A stretch of 64,000 nt of DNA from the NCBI GenBank assembly GCA_043228905.1, contig JBHGNT010000004.1, forward strand, positions 1,984,001 through 2,048,000, given 5' to 3'. Shown piece after piece: positions 11,173-34,611 of the stretch. The translations under genes and the position numbers were made by a program. Every line of letters begins with the position of its first letter. Positions within the stretch are counted from its first letter, which is position 1. Source of the stretch: Azolla caroliniana (taxonomy: Eukaryota > Plantae > Polypodiophyta). Under the pieces are notes generated by a model. The model ran no database searches, was not told the DNA's origin, and saw nothing but the letters and a program-made list of their open reading frames with translations.

Positions 11173-11781
11173 TGTTGGGATTTCGGTCCCTTTCGGATGG
11201 GATGGTCGGATATCGGAGATGAATGCCGACAAGCCCGGTTTCGGTTTCGGATCCGGATGACGAAGACCCCGGCTTCGGTGCCGGATGACGAATGTACCCG
11301 GAGAGCGATCCGGATGCAGGGACATATCCGTGAATATGTTCGCTACGAGCCCCCTGAGGCTATAGTTGTAAATAGCCCAAAGTCATATAAGTATAAATAT
11401 GACTTAGGGCAAACAGTTTTTCTGTTGCTTCTCATTTTTCTGTTTTTCCACTTTAGAGGAGTGAAGAGAGAGCAGCCGTGAGAGAGAGAAAGAGAGAGAG
11501 CGCGAGAGAGAGAAAGAGGTAGACGCCTCTGTGTATTTCCGCCGCCTGTGGCGAGGACAGCGAGCTCAAGGTCGTCGCCTTGGAGCTCGCCATTGTATAT
11601 TTCTCTGTGCATAGTTTGGTTCGGAGTCTCGCACTCCCGTGGTTTTTCCCGTATAGGGTTTTCCACGTTAATCCCTGTGTATCGCGTCTTTCTCTGTATT
11701 TCCTATTTTCTGCTACATTGATCCGCGATTAATCGGTTGTGGCCGAGTTGAGAAGGTGAATCCAAGCGTTGATTCCCAACA
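11173..11781 (+). repeat. 3' LTR of copia element
   Basis: Copy of 6448-7056, followed by TSD CAACT. Confidence 0.97.
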
Positions 11782-11877
11782 CAACTTACTTTTCTAAAGA
11801 GACTATGCTTCAGCACCCACACCACCATCACTCATCCTTATAAAAAACATGAATTGTGCTTCAATAATCCACATCAA

Positions 11878-12637
11878 CCATCTCACTCTCGTTGATTCAC
11901 CACCCAAAATCGTGTACCTAAAAAAAAACAAAATGACAGTACTCTCCTCGTCTCTCATTAAATTATGTTACGACCATCAACACCATTATCACTCATCCTT
12001 ATCCAAAATAAAAAAATGCTTCATTTTGCGCATCCACCATCTTGCCCTTGTCCATCCACAGAACTTACTCAAACCCATCCGCCTCATTTATGTACTTCCT
12101 GTCAACTTGTAAGATAAAGAGATTTAAAGAAGAAACTATATACCTCACAATTATGTTTGAAATAAAAAAGGACTAGGGGGTGGGAATAGCCAATGTGGTG
12201 GAACATAATTCCAACGATATTCATGTGACTCATCCAACCAGAGAGGTATTAGCCCCCATCTCACTCTCGTTGATTCACCACCCAAAATCGTGTACCTAAA
12301 AAAAAACAAAATGACAGTACTCTCCTCGTCTCTCATTAAATTATGTTACGACCATCAACACCATTATCACTCATCCTTATCCAAAATAAAAAAATGCTTC
12401 ATTTTGCGCATCCACCATCTTGCCCTTGTCCATCCACAGAACTTACTCAAACCCATCCGCCTCATTTATGTTCTTCCTGTCAACTTGTAAGATAAAGAGA
12501 TTTAAAGAAGAAACTATATACCTCACAATTATGTTTGAAATAAAAAAGGACTAGGGGGTGGGAATAGCCAACGTGGTGGAACATAATTCCAACGATATTC
12601 ATGTGACTCATCCAACCAGAGAGGTATTAGCCCCCAT
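11878..12637. repeat. 378-bp near-perfect tandem duplication
   Basis: ccatctcactctcgttgattcacc at 11878 and 12256; CCAT microhomology at the breakpoints. Confidence 0.9.
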
Positions 12638-14039
12638 ATTTTACAGATTTTTCGCCTTTTCTTATGCACCTTTTCCAGTGTTCCTTTAATACTATCATAC
12701 GCTCCCTTAACAATGTGCACCAAGTTGTCCCACAACAACTTAATCATATTCACCACATTATATTTGATGCCTTTGTATTTCTTGCCGCAACGACACTTCC
12801 ACCACACCCATTAAACATTAATTGAAACAATATTCCAAACAAAAGAATTTGTAAAACATTTACCACCAAGAATGTTTGGAAGAACTGCTTCAGTTGTATT
12901 CTCCAACACACGTAATGCTTCCATGCATTGCTCTACCTCGTACAAAGATACCTGCTCATCCAAAGACCCCCAGAAAATAGCCCCCCATGTAAAAATTACT
13001 CCCTTATATTTACAAGAAAACATCCTCAATATTCTTCCCCAATACTGACGAGGTACACTAGTCCAAAACAAATGTTTCAATGTTTCCTCATGTACTTGGC
13101 AACACACACAACGACGATCATCGACTTGTCCTTTTAAATGGAGACCTATTGGTAAAACATAATGAAGCATTAACCACTTAAAAGAAATTGCTCTTTGCAT
13201 ACATGGTAGATCCCATAAACATTTCCAATAAGCCACAATATATTGATGCGATATAGCACCTAACTCCCAATACTTTTGTGCCACGGGATTGACACAATGA
13301 TGTTGCATCAAAAAATGTCTCCCATATGTCACGGAGTATTGGAAAAAGGGGAGAATCCTGCTCTCTTGTTCATTTGTTGAGGAATGACCAACCAACCGCC
13401 ATGCATAATCAGTTGGGTCCCAATTAAGATATGTCACTGGCTTACTTTGGAATGCCCATATTTGTACTACATGGTCCGCCAAAAAAGGGCTCGGATCTAA
13501 GAAAATCTTCTTGTCCAACCGAGCAATAACCCTAATGGGTTTTTTGGATGTAAGAATAGTGACACAATTGCATTTGTTAAGGTTCTGAAAAAAGTGGAGA
13601 TATTGGGAATTGATCCCCCTTTTGCACAAAACCCACTAGCAAGTAAGAAGAAAAACACTTTGCTTGTCCGTGCAACTATTGGGTTTGATGATCCCAAATT
13701 AAACTAATTTAAGATGGAATATTGAAAAAATTGTAAAAAGTGGTATACTGTGTTATCAAAATTGGATTGATTGACTTCTATTTAATTTTGAACTGAAATA
13801 AACAATACAAAAAGACTTACAATAGCACAAGGCCTTTGAAGTTTAGTATATATTTCGGAAATTCCTCGTTGAATGGATTTATTGATAAATTCTTGCAATA
13901 TATAATCATAATGTAAGCCATTATGATTATAATGAGTCAGTTACCACAAATAAAACAAGAATTATATGAAAGATTGATTTTCATGTAATTGGTGTAAGAA
14001 AGGAATAGAATTTTTTTTATCTTCCATGAGGAGGCGAAA

Positions 14040-14659
14040 TTGTGTCAACATAGATATTGATGGCAAAGGACTTCTGACGAAATTGTTATATAGATCCAAT
14101 GATGTTAGCGCCGTAAGGCTTGTGAACGAATCACTCGGCAATGTCCCTCATAGACCAAATCCTAACATATTCCTAGAATGAAAAAAACAAAAGTAGTCAT
14201 GAAGATCACAATTAGAACATTATGAATGTTAACTAGGATGTAATTAGCTCCACTCAACATATGTTGATTGAGGTGGGTAGGAGGGTTATATTTTATTGTA
14301 TGGATTCTTTGTAGCCTTTTGGGCATCTTTTCATTAATACCAAGATGAATCTTGACTTAAAAAAGAAGAAGAAGCTCCACTCAACATTATAAGCAGCACT
14401 TACAAGATGTGATTATCATTAGGAGAGCGTAGTTAGCATTAGTAGGCATGAATAGTACATACTTAGCATTAGCAAACCAGAAGTAGCATTGATTTAGAGG
14501 TTAATTGAAAATTGAGGAGAAATTACAATGCTATAACATGATTAAAGGAGGAGCATGTGACCCCAGTCCAATTACAAGGATTCCATGCAGAATTATCCCA
14601 AGTTGTTATGTTTGAAGCTGAGCCCCAGGCCGCGTTTTTAATACTAAGGAGTGCTTGAA
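14040..14659 (-). pseudogene. LRR-RLK paralog fragment (exon 2 and exon 3 homologs)
   Basis: Exon 2 homolog QALLSIKNAAWGSASNITTWDNSAWNPCNWTGVTC (about 14527-14659). Exon 3 homolog NMLGFGL*GTLPSDSFTSLTALTSLDL has an in-frame TGA at 14148-14150. No exon 1 or downstream exons seen. Upstream homology at about 15990-16680. Confidence 0.85.
14261..14372 (+). mobile_element. Short 5'-truncated retroposed insertion
   Basis: 15-bp TSD agctccactcaacat (14246-14260 and 14373-14387); A-rich tail ttaaaaaagaagaaga. Confidence 0.7.
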
Positions 14660-14746
14660 CTGTAATTGATGTGAGCAATCAATTTGATCTGATGTAGCCC
14701 ACATAATGATGTACTGAATTTTAATCTAGTAAACTGGGTTAATAAC

Positions 14747-15060
14747 GATCAAATGAAGAGAAAGTAAGGTTCAAATGGAGAGGAAGCAAGGATTGGATGA
14801 AATGAAGAATAATTATGTATTGGATGAAGAACAATTACGGATCAAATGAAGAATAATTATGTATTAGTTGAAGAACAATTACGGATCCAATGAAGAATGA
14901 TTAAAGATCGAATGAAGAATAGGTAAGAAGGGAATACAACCCAATTCTCAAGATTAATAGCTAGATATAAATAATGCCAATATTAACGAAGATTGAATGA
15001 TTAAGGATCAAATGGAAAATAGGTAAAAATCAAATGAGATTAACGGAAGGATCAGTCTGA
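14747..15060. repeat. Degenerate short tandem repeats (gatcaaatgaagaat... units)
   Basis: Repeated gatcaaatgaagaataattatgtatt / gaagaacaattacggatc. Confidence 0.6.
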
Positions 15061-15681
15061 AGAATGAGTAGGTCAATGCGTTTCATTTCCATGGAAGAGC
15101 AGGGTACTAGCGGAGTACGATCTTCGTGATGTGGTGATACCTAATGTTTCCTCATCAACAATATGGTTTAGCTACAAGAAAATATGCTAAGCAAATGTAG
15201 GAATGGTGTCTCTATTTCTATCTCTGTGTTTCTCTCTCTGTCTGCTTCAAGTGTTGTAACAAATGCAGTTTTTCAAGAACCTGAGGAGACAACGAATGCC
15301 GACACACTTGCACCACTCGGCCTTTCCATTGATGAGGCAGAAAACCAGAGAAGAACCAGACGTCCTCGGGTGCCGGGTTTCAAAGCAACTCAACGTGATG
15401 TGGAAGCAATATTGAAAATACGGGAACGTGAGCTACACCGCCTAGAAGCCATGGCTAGGGCACTCTCTACATTGGAACCCACATCAAGACCCTTTGAACC
15501 CCCACTTCTTTTCGAGAGGCTTGGGTGGAAATAAAATTAGGCTTAGTGTATAGTCACTTTCGAGTATACTACATATTGTACACTACTAGAACTCTTTTAG
15601 TTTAAGTTCTATTTTTTTTTACTTAATTTTATTTTTAGTTATGATGACTGGATAAATACTCTATTGTTGTAAACCAATTGT

Positions 15682-15742
15682 CTCATGGGCCAAATTTGGC
15701 CTTAGAAGACGTTAATACATCTTTCTTTCTTTCTTTCTTTCT
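15682..15742 (+). mobile_element. 3' end of a SINE/LINE with (CTTT)n tail (copy 1)
   Basis: ctcatgggccaaatttggccttagaagacgttaatacatc(tttc)n, identical to 59667-59722. Confidence 0.55.
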
Positions 15743-18440
15743 CTCAGTCAGCATAAGATTCATAAGAAAGTGTCTTTGATGATGTTAATGTGCCAAGTGT
15801 AGAGTCTAGACACATTGACATATGTGATCTTCTATGACATTTCTAAAACCTTCATGGCATCGGTGGGTGTGGTCTCACAATTACCTTCATTCTCGAACCC
15901 TAAACCCTTAGGGTGCTAATGTTTTATTATTAACATTCGAAGGCGAAATCTATGTATGAATAGGTTAATTATTGATGTGTTATGTGCTAATAGTTCGAAG
16001 TCTATCGTCTCAAGATAAGACCTAAAATTATCTTCGTGGTCAATGTATAAGCACTTGGGGTGTCGAAATTTGTCAATACTAGTCACAAGCATCTATTTTA
16101 ACAAGTATATTTCTCTTTTTATTAATGGGGCCATGACTAGTCCATCAAATTGTTTAGTATGTCAACACCTAGGGACTTGACAATTCTTGGAAACAATAAC
16201 ACAAGTTGTGAAGTAATGGTGTTGACTCAATAATTTTTGTGTTATCAAATTTCTTCTTATATACCTACGACCATATAATATAGAAGAGATTTTGTGTTAA
16301 AGTTGACTTTTGATTTTGATTTGCATATGGTGGTGGTATCAATCCAATAATATACATCATGTCTATGGATGGAATCTTTTCAAACCCTTCACCTTTGCAA
16401 CATGACAGAAAAATAAAATAAAATAGACACACGGTACATCATCTGTCTATTTTATCTACATGTGAATAGGTAAGTGTGACATGTTTGCATTTTGTGTGAT
16501 GTATGGTGCAAAGCATTCTTCAAGCACTATAATAGGATTATGCTTGGGTTTGAACCTTTACATGTAAATCTAAGTTAAACGTAACCATTAAAGGGAAAAG
16601 CATGAAAAAGAGATAATAATGGAGAAAGGAATAAAAGAATATCAAGTCTTATTGCATAATAGTATCCGGTGATTGCGACATTTTCTCCAAATAGTTAAAG
16701 ATCTTTGCACATTCGAAGACTTAATATACCATAGTAAAAAGTGTTTATCTATCAGGACCTGAATCTATCTACCAACCATAAAAGTAATATCTATCAACTA
16801 TACTTATAAGTTATCTGTAAGGATGTCCAAACAATCCTTATAAGTTGTGAGGTTTGTCTATCTATCTCTATCGCCATACCTCTAAAAGTAATTCAATCCT
16901 TAATGTGTCCCTAGTTGTAGCATCTTATATGAGATGTATGATATATGCTTAACATCACCCTTGACGTAATGTGTGCACAACTCCCATGTGCACTAAGGGA
17001 GGCTTCACTATCATTGTTGGTGGGGAGGAGGTATCAATTTAGGTGTTAGAAACAAGAAGTAGTGTAGGGGTGCAGGGAGGAGCAGATGGTGGCACAATGT
17101 GATGGCCATGGGATGTAGTAGATGTTCTCTTAGACAAACCCTAAAACCTAAATCGAATGGTCATTGTACTTTCGTTCTACCTTGAGTTGTCTTAGGGAGT
17201 TGTGAGATTGGCTCCTCGGGATTCATGGCCACCTTAGTGGATGTTTGCAAACTCTTCATTGAATCCTTGAACCGCATAACTATCATGCATGCATGATAAA
17301 AGGTTTCCAAAATTCATCTAGAAGTGTGTGGACCCAAAACCCCAACATGGTTCCCTAAGGTGAGAGTTGCTCATACGCTCACTATTTTCTTTGAACCATT
17401 CTATATGGGTATAAGCAATGCTAGAACTCGCAAAATGAGGTAGAAGTTTGTTTGTTGCAGTCACATGACAATGAGAGGGTCTAGTGGGACTCCACACTTG
17501 GTCCATTACGGTGAATAACATTTAAATTGACTAGAGAGCATCAATTGATTATAAATTAGGTGTACCAAAAATTTGGGCTACCATCCCGATGTTGTGGGTT
17601 TTCTATGCTTGGGTTATTGGTAGAGTCTTCATTGGTTGGGATCCTATTGGTGGTTCCTCATTGGTAAGTAGTTCTAACAAAGTTAGGTCTGGTCATGGTT
17701 TTGATTAATATGGTGGTATATATGTAGCCTTTCATGAGCCTAAGCCATTTTCACATTCTACATCTCTATTCATACTAGTGGGTTAGTGCATGAGTCCATG
17801 GCTAAAGATTTATTTGATCTTGACTAGCATTTCCATCATGTTTGTCATTGGCTTGTTGGTCTCACCAGAGATTAACCTCTATGTTCAAGGCGAGTTCGAG
17901 TGCATAGGTTGCCAAAAGTGAACCCTAGTCAACCCTTTCCAAGGGAGGGATAGGTGGATGTACTAGCTGATATCATCTCATGATTCACATTTACATCTAT
18001 ATTTTTAAGATTGTTATTAGTCTTTTTGTGGTTTGGTGGTATGGGGGATGGAAAATTGTGTGTGTGTGTGTGTGTGTGATTGTTTGTCAACACGGTGATT
18101 CATTAAAAGATAAATTACCACAATGGATGAGGGTGAGCTCAACAAAAATCACCAACTCCTTAAACATTCTGGCACTAGGCATGCGCCAACCCCCATACTT
18201 GGTTAGGATGAGGGTAACATGGGTAGCATGTGGTGCGTAATGTGGTGTTGATTAAGGCCGAAGGTGAGGCTTATTGTCCTTCAAACAAATCATGTGAATT
18301 AAATTTGAACTTAGAAACCGTACATAAGTGAATTTTCCATATATGAAGCAACCAAGACACATTCAAGTTCACGTGGTTAATAACTAAAGACCTCATTGTG
18401 ACTAAGTTGGATGCGTAACTACAAAGAGTTCCCTTTACGT

Positions 18441-19090
18441 TGTCGTGTTATTTTGCACGTGCAGGAGAAACCAAGACGGGTCCGCGGGGGTCCTGAACTG
18501 GGGAATTACCAAACAGAAGGAGGAGCACCACAAACCCACGGCCAAACCGCGCACACACAGATACATAGAGAACTCACAACAAGGTCGAACAACATGTGAG
18601 GCGAATGTATATATATATAATCAAGATTACAACCGATTGGCCAGCAAGCGCCAACTCGCTGACACCAACTCACACAACAATAAGAGATGGAGCCTCTGTC
18701 GGAAGCACTCGGGCTTTCCACGAAGCTAAGGCAGCCTCCCAAACCCTGCAGAAAACGATTAAAGACAGAGGAGAAGAGCTCGGTTCCAGTCCGACAGCAC
18801 TTAGTCCTCGACAAAAAAAGAAGAAGCCCCCCTCTTAGTCCTCTCCCCTCCCTTTTATAGGCCTTCGGGGACATACCGTTATACCCTGGTTACATCATCT
18901 TTATTCCCTGTCACCTCGGCCAAAGATACACTACGATTTCCTAAACAATAAATGTGTACTACCTAGTATCTTCACATCAACCGAATTGCTCCTAAGTATG
19001 TACAAGTAATTAAATAATGTGCCCACACGTAAGGGCCAATTCTTGCGCATATTTCCCTGATTCCTCCTAGGGGCGGTTTTCTCCACGACA
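18441..19090 (-). mobile_element. Solo LTR (650 bp)
   Basis: TGTCGTG...CACGACA inverted termini with flanking ACGT/ACGT duplication. TATA-like cctataaaagg on the minus strand at about 18851-18861. GC-richer than flanks. Confidence 0.7.
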
Positions 19091-19541
19091 ACGTGATGTG
19101 AGACAAAGTAAAAGGACATGCAATTATTGATGATCAAATCCTTTTTGCAACATAAAAGGGACCACAAACACGATGAATCTACACACGTGTTTATAATGCC
19201 TCTGTTCCTTAGAAGTTAGAACAATGATTAATGCGTCAAATACTATATATGTTTATACTAGTGTCTTTGACTCCAATATGATTTTTGAACGATGATTTGG
19301 TTCACCAAAATGAAAAACCTAAAAAATACATTGTACATACAACACACAAAGTGATACTTCATCACAAAAATCAGTCTAAAGTCAACCAAAGTCTTATGCC
19401 GTGGGTCGTTTAAGATTCCACCGACAATCATGATGTATGGTATACATATATTCATGATGCATGCATGCATCCAGACATACATATGACATACATACATACA
19501 TATATACATTATATACATACGTGCATGCATGACCATCGACA

Positions 19542-31017
<11,476 letters not shown>

Positions 31018-32360
31018 CAAGTGGTGATGGCATTCAATAGGAGGCAGGGGTTTGGGGTGCAGGATTACACTTGGAGCATCAAACATCATTTGGACATACA
31101 TTTCCAAAGACAGATCTATCTAATAAATAGTAGCCACAAGAGTCAAGAGTCAAGAGTCAAGTCTAACGCACTTTACTTTTTCATGTTATAAAAGGTATGT
31201 CCAATCATTGAGATAGAATCAGGTTCATACATGTCTTTTTGCAAAATGTTTTGTAGTTCCTGTAATTGTGCTATGTTAAAACTGGTTCATGTTGCCTTTT
31301 ATATGGGTTAAATGCACAAAGTAAGGCTACATTTGCCTAAGCCAAGTACAATTATATTATCTTTTGCAAGTCCCGCACATAATTCTCTTAGGATTACAAA
31401 CATCATGTACCTCTAGATCGTCCACTTCGGTACCTTATACCGTTACGTTAATCGAGATTGCAACCTTGAGCACAAGATGATCGTAAGGAGGCATCAAATT
31501 CGATGTGTATGAACTATGCCATGTTATTTTTTCAAATGTGAGTTAAGAGTTTTGGGGGGGGGATGTTTTAAACATTTTATAAGTAGTGTGGATAGGTGTA
31601 ACCTACATTGAAAATATGTCAAACATTAGATTCTTATGTGTTTTATGACATATTGCTGAGCTGCTAATAGGTGAACCATTAGTGTCTTGTGTGTTTTATG
31701 ACATATTTGTTGAGGTGCTAATACTGGATTGTTAATGTTGGATGGTGTAGCGTGTTTTACAAATTGACTGATTGTTGGTTGGTTATATGCCCTTAACAAC
31801 ATATCACAGATGGTGTTAATAGTCGGAAGTCTATCGTCTCAAGGTAAGACCTGGAAATAAGGAAACTTATCTTCATTCTAACTACAGAAAAGGCATTGGA
31901 AATGTTTAATGTAGATTTAACTTCTCAAAACTCACTCATTAAGTAAATCTTTCACTATGATCCAAATCCCTAATTACTTCTTATGTGCCACATAATTGAA
32001 AATATACGACGCCGTTAAATTCCAATGATAATTTTAAAAATGAAACGAGTATTACACCATGTCTATGTATGGAGTCTATTGTCGCACTTGACTTTTGCAA
32101 CATCGAGAGTCGAGACAAAATAAAACGTCATATACATAGTAGAATAGTGACATAATTGCATTTGTCACGGTTCTGAAAAAAGTGGAGATATGGGAATTGA
32201 TCCCCCTTTTTGCACAAAACCCAATAGCAAGTAAGAAGAAAAACACTCAACTTGTCCGTGCAACTATTGAAAAAAATTACACTAATTTAAGATGGTATAT
32301 TGAAAAAATTGGAAAGTGGTGATATGGGAATTGATCGCCCATTTGCACAATGGTGACATG

Positions 32361-33186
32361 CAAGGCAAGAATTTGACGGGTGTCATGCCCGTCGAAGGCC
32401 ATTTAGCCCATCAAAAACATACACATAATAAAAATGCCCGTCAAGTGACATATAAAGTTTAAATATCCATTTTTCATGCGAAAGGCCCCTACAAATTATG
32501 CATGTCAAATGACATGTTAAAATTCTATTTTCCATGTCATATATATTTATATACATATACATATGTTACTTATTATATATATGAAGTGTGTATTATAATA
32601 TATTAATACTATATAATAAAAAATCCAAAAAATTATATGTTTTTTATAACACGCTTAAAATAATATCATTATCATGTAATAATGGTATATATTCTCAAAT
32701 ATTTATTCTTAATTTCTTTACTAATAATATTAGTTGAAATTTGATTGAAATTTTAAACAATAACATTTATTAAATACATACTTTAAGAGTGTATGACTGT
32801 AGGTTTGATTTTAATGTTTTAAGTTTTAAGTTAAAACTAAATTTTTTTACTTACATAAAATTTTAAGTTAAAACTAAATTTTTACTAACTTTTTTTCGTA
32901 CTTATTAGTAAAAACATTAACGTGATATTAATTTTATGTATTTCATTATCTGTGTTAGGTAGTTATGTTTATTTGTGCACTTTCTATAGTAATGAAATGT
33001 ATAACAATGAAGCATCATATAGAACTTTCATTATTAAAATTGGTAAAGCATCATATAGAACTTTCATTATTAAAATTTGTATGTCAAATGACATGTTAGT
33101 TTTTGCACTCTTGTGTCATATGACATACATCTTTTAAAAATGCCCGTAAAAAAACTTTTATACTAACCTGTCAAATTCAGGCCCTG
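32361..33186. mobile_element. hAT-type MITE (826 bp)
   Basis: TIRs caaggcaagaatttgacggg / cctgtcaaattcaggccctg; perfect 8-bp TSD gtgacatg; AT-rich interior. Confidence 0.85.
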
Positions 33187-34611
33187 GTGACATGCATAAA
33201 GATGAAATTGTTGAAAAACACAACCTACTAGCAAGTAAGAAGAAAAACACTCGACTTGTCCGTGCAACTATGGGATTTGATTATCCCGAATTACACTAAT
33301 TTAAGATGGTATATTGGGTCTAAAAGTTTGGAAAATGGAATTTGATCACTCTTATCTCGTAGGTGTGATGTGCATGAAGATGAAGTTATTGAGAAACACC
33401 ATCCACTAGCACGTAGGAAGAAAAGGATGGAATAAACATGGCCATGATATCTCAATTACGCTAATTTCTTGAGGCATGTCAAGACCAAACAATTTTGGAG
33501 GATAGGATGAGTGTTCGTAATATATGCTCATTTAAGAGGACAAGGGTTTTTTAAGCATTGCATGTGGATATGGTGGCCATCCATAATATACACTCAATTA
33601 AGAGGTCAAGGGCTTTTTAAGCATTGCATGTCATGAGTAATAGGGCAAATTGTCTCATCAATTAATGAGTAGATTTTGTATGGAACCCAATGTAGGGCTA
33701 TGTGATACACATGTTAAGTCATGAGTCTATTTTATCTCTATGTAAATATGCATGGGGGACATGTTGGGATTATTTGTGATGCATGTGCACAAGGCATCCT
33801 TAAAGGAGTATCGTGGGATTACCCATGAGATTAAAGCTTTACATGTAAACCTAAGCAAACCATTGAAGAGAAAAGCATAAAATGAAGTTGGTAGAGCAAG
33901 CAATAGAAGAACATAAGTATTACTACAATGAGGTATTTGGTGTTTGAGACAAGGTTTGGCAAGGAAAACAAAACATACCAAAGCAGACATAAGGTAGATT
34001 TAATGGTTTATGTCAATATGGGAATGGAAGAATTAGCCCAAAGAGGTCATATGAGATACTAACCCATTTCAGCCATTCAGAGGTAGGATGACAAGGAGAT
34101 TTCTTTGACCTGAGCTTAGTAAGCTTAGTAGAGAATGACACGCAGTAGTTTTTATGATTGTGCAACATAATCTGGGGGCTAAGTATCAATAAGAGGAATC
34201 CAAAGTAACCCTATTTGCGTTCTTTGCAAACCTACTACAGACTATTATTGTCTATGGATACTCTCCATTTCATTTCAAGTTATATGTGCATTTATACTAC
34301 ATTTAGGTTTCTGGCACACTCCACGTTCCTCCAGGAAATTCTCTTTTGGCATTCAATAATCTCAATCAAAAAATAACAAAAACGCAAAAAACAGAATCCT
34401 TTTGGAAATCGGCATTAAATGCTTTGAATAATATTACGAGGCATCCATCAAGAAGATGATGGCTCTACATGGAATTGAATGTACATTCGTTCAAAAAATT
34501 ACACAAACACTCACAATTTATCTACATGATGGCCTGCTATGGGCTAGAAACAAGTTTAAGTCTAATTTCATCTCACCAGTCAACAATTAGCATCCAGGTA
34601 GTTGTTACAAC

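Larger units (their letters stand above)
6448..11781 (+). mobile_element. Intact full-length Ty1/copia LTR retrotransposon (Tork/Tnt1-like), 5334 bp
   Basis: 609-bp LTRs (TGTTGGGA...TCCCAACA), 5-bp TSD CAACT (6443-6447 and 11782-11786), tRNA-iMet PBS, PPT and one uninterrupted gag-pol ORF. Confidence 0.98.
5780..12060. repeat. Degenerate 135-160 bp tandem repeat array interrupted by the copia element
   Basis: caccatcatcactcatccttatc-like anchor at about 5905, 6061, 6212 and 6345, then 11820 and 11981. Confidence 0.7.
1540..13552 (-). mobile_element. 5'-truncated LINE (non-LTR retrotransposon) split by nested insertions; 3' UTR/tail about 1540-1818, ORF2 C-terminus about 12529-13552
   Basis: (TAAA)n tail on the minus strand at about 1538-1551. 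Degenerate TSD agaatagtga(t/c)a(g/c)aatt at 1523 and 13553; the paralogous empty site at 32141 has a single agaatagtgacataatt. zf-RVT-like motif CVCCQVHEETLKHLFW. Stops/frameshift near 12810. Confidence 0.75.

Noticed and set aside
7065-11325. Many 60-185 aa antisense or alternate-frame ORFs in the copia element
   Set aside because: Expected shadow ORFs of a GC-rich coding region; no recognisable motifs
12811-13629. 272-aa ORF as a host gene
   Set aside because: It is a LINE ORF2 fragment; its N-terminus runs past the TSD into flanking DNA
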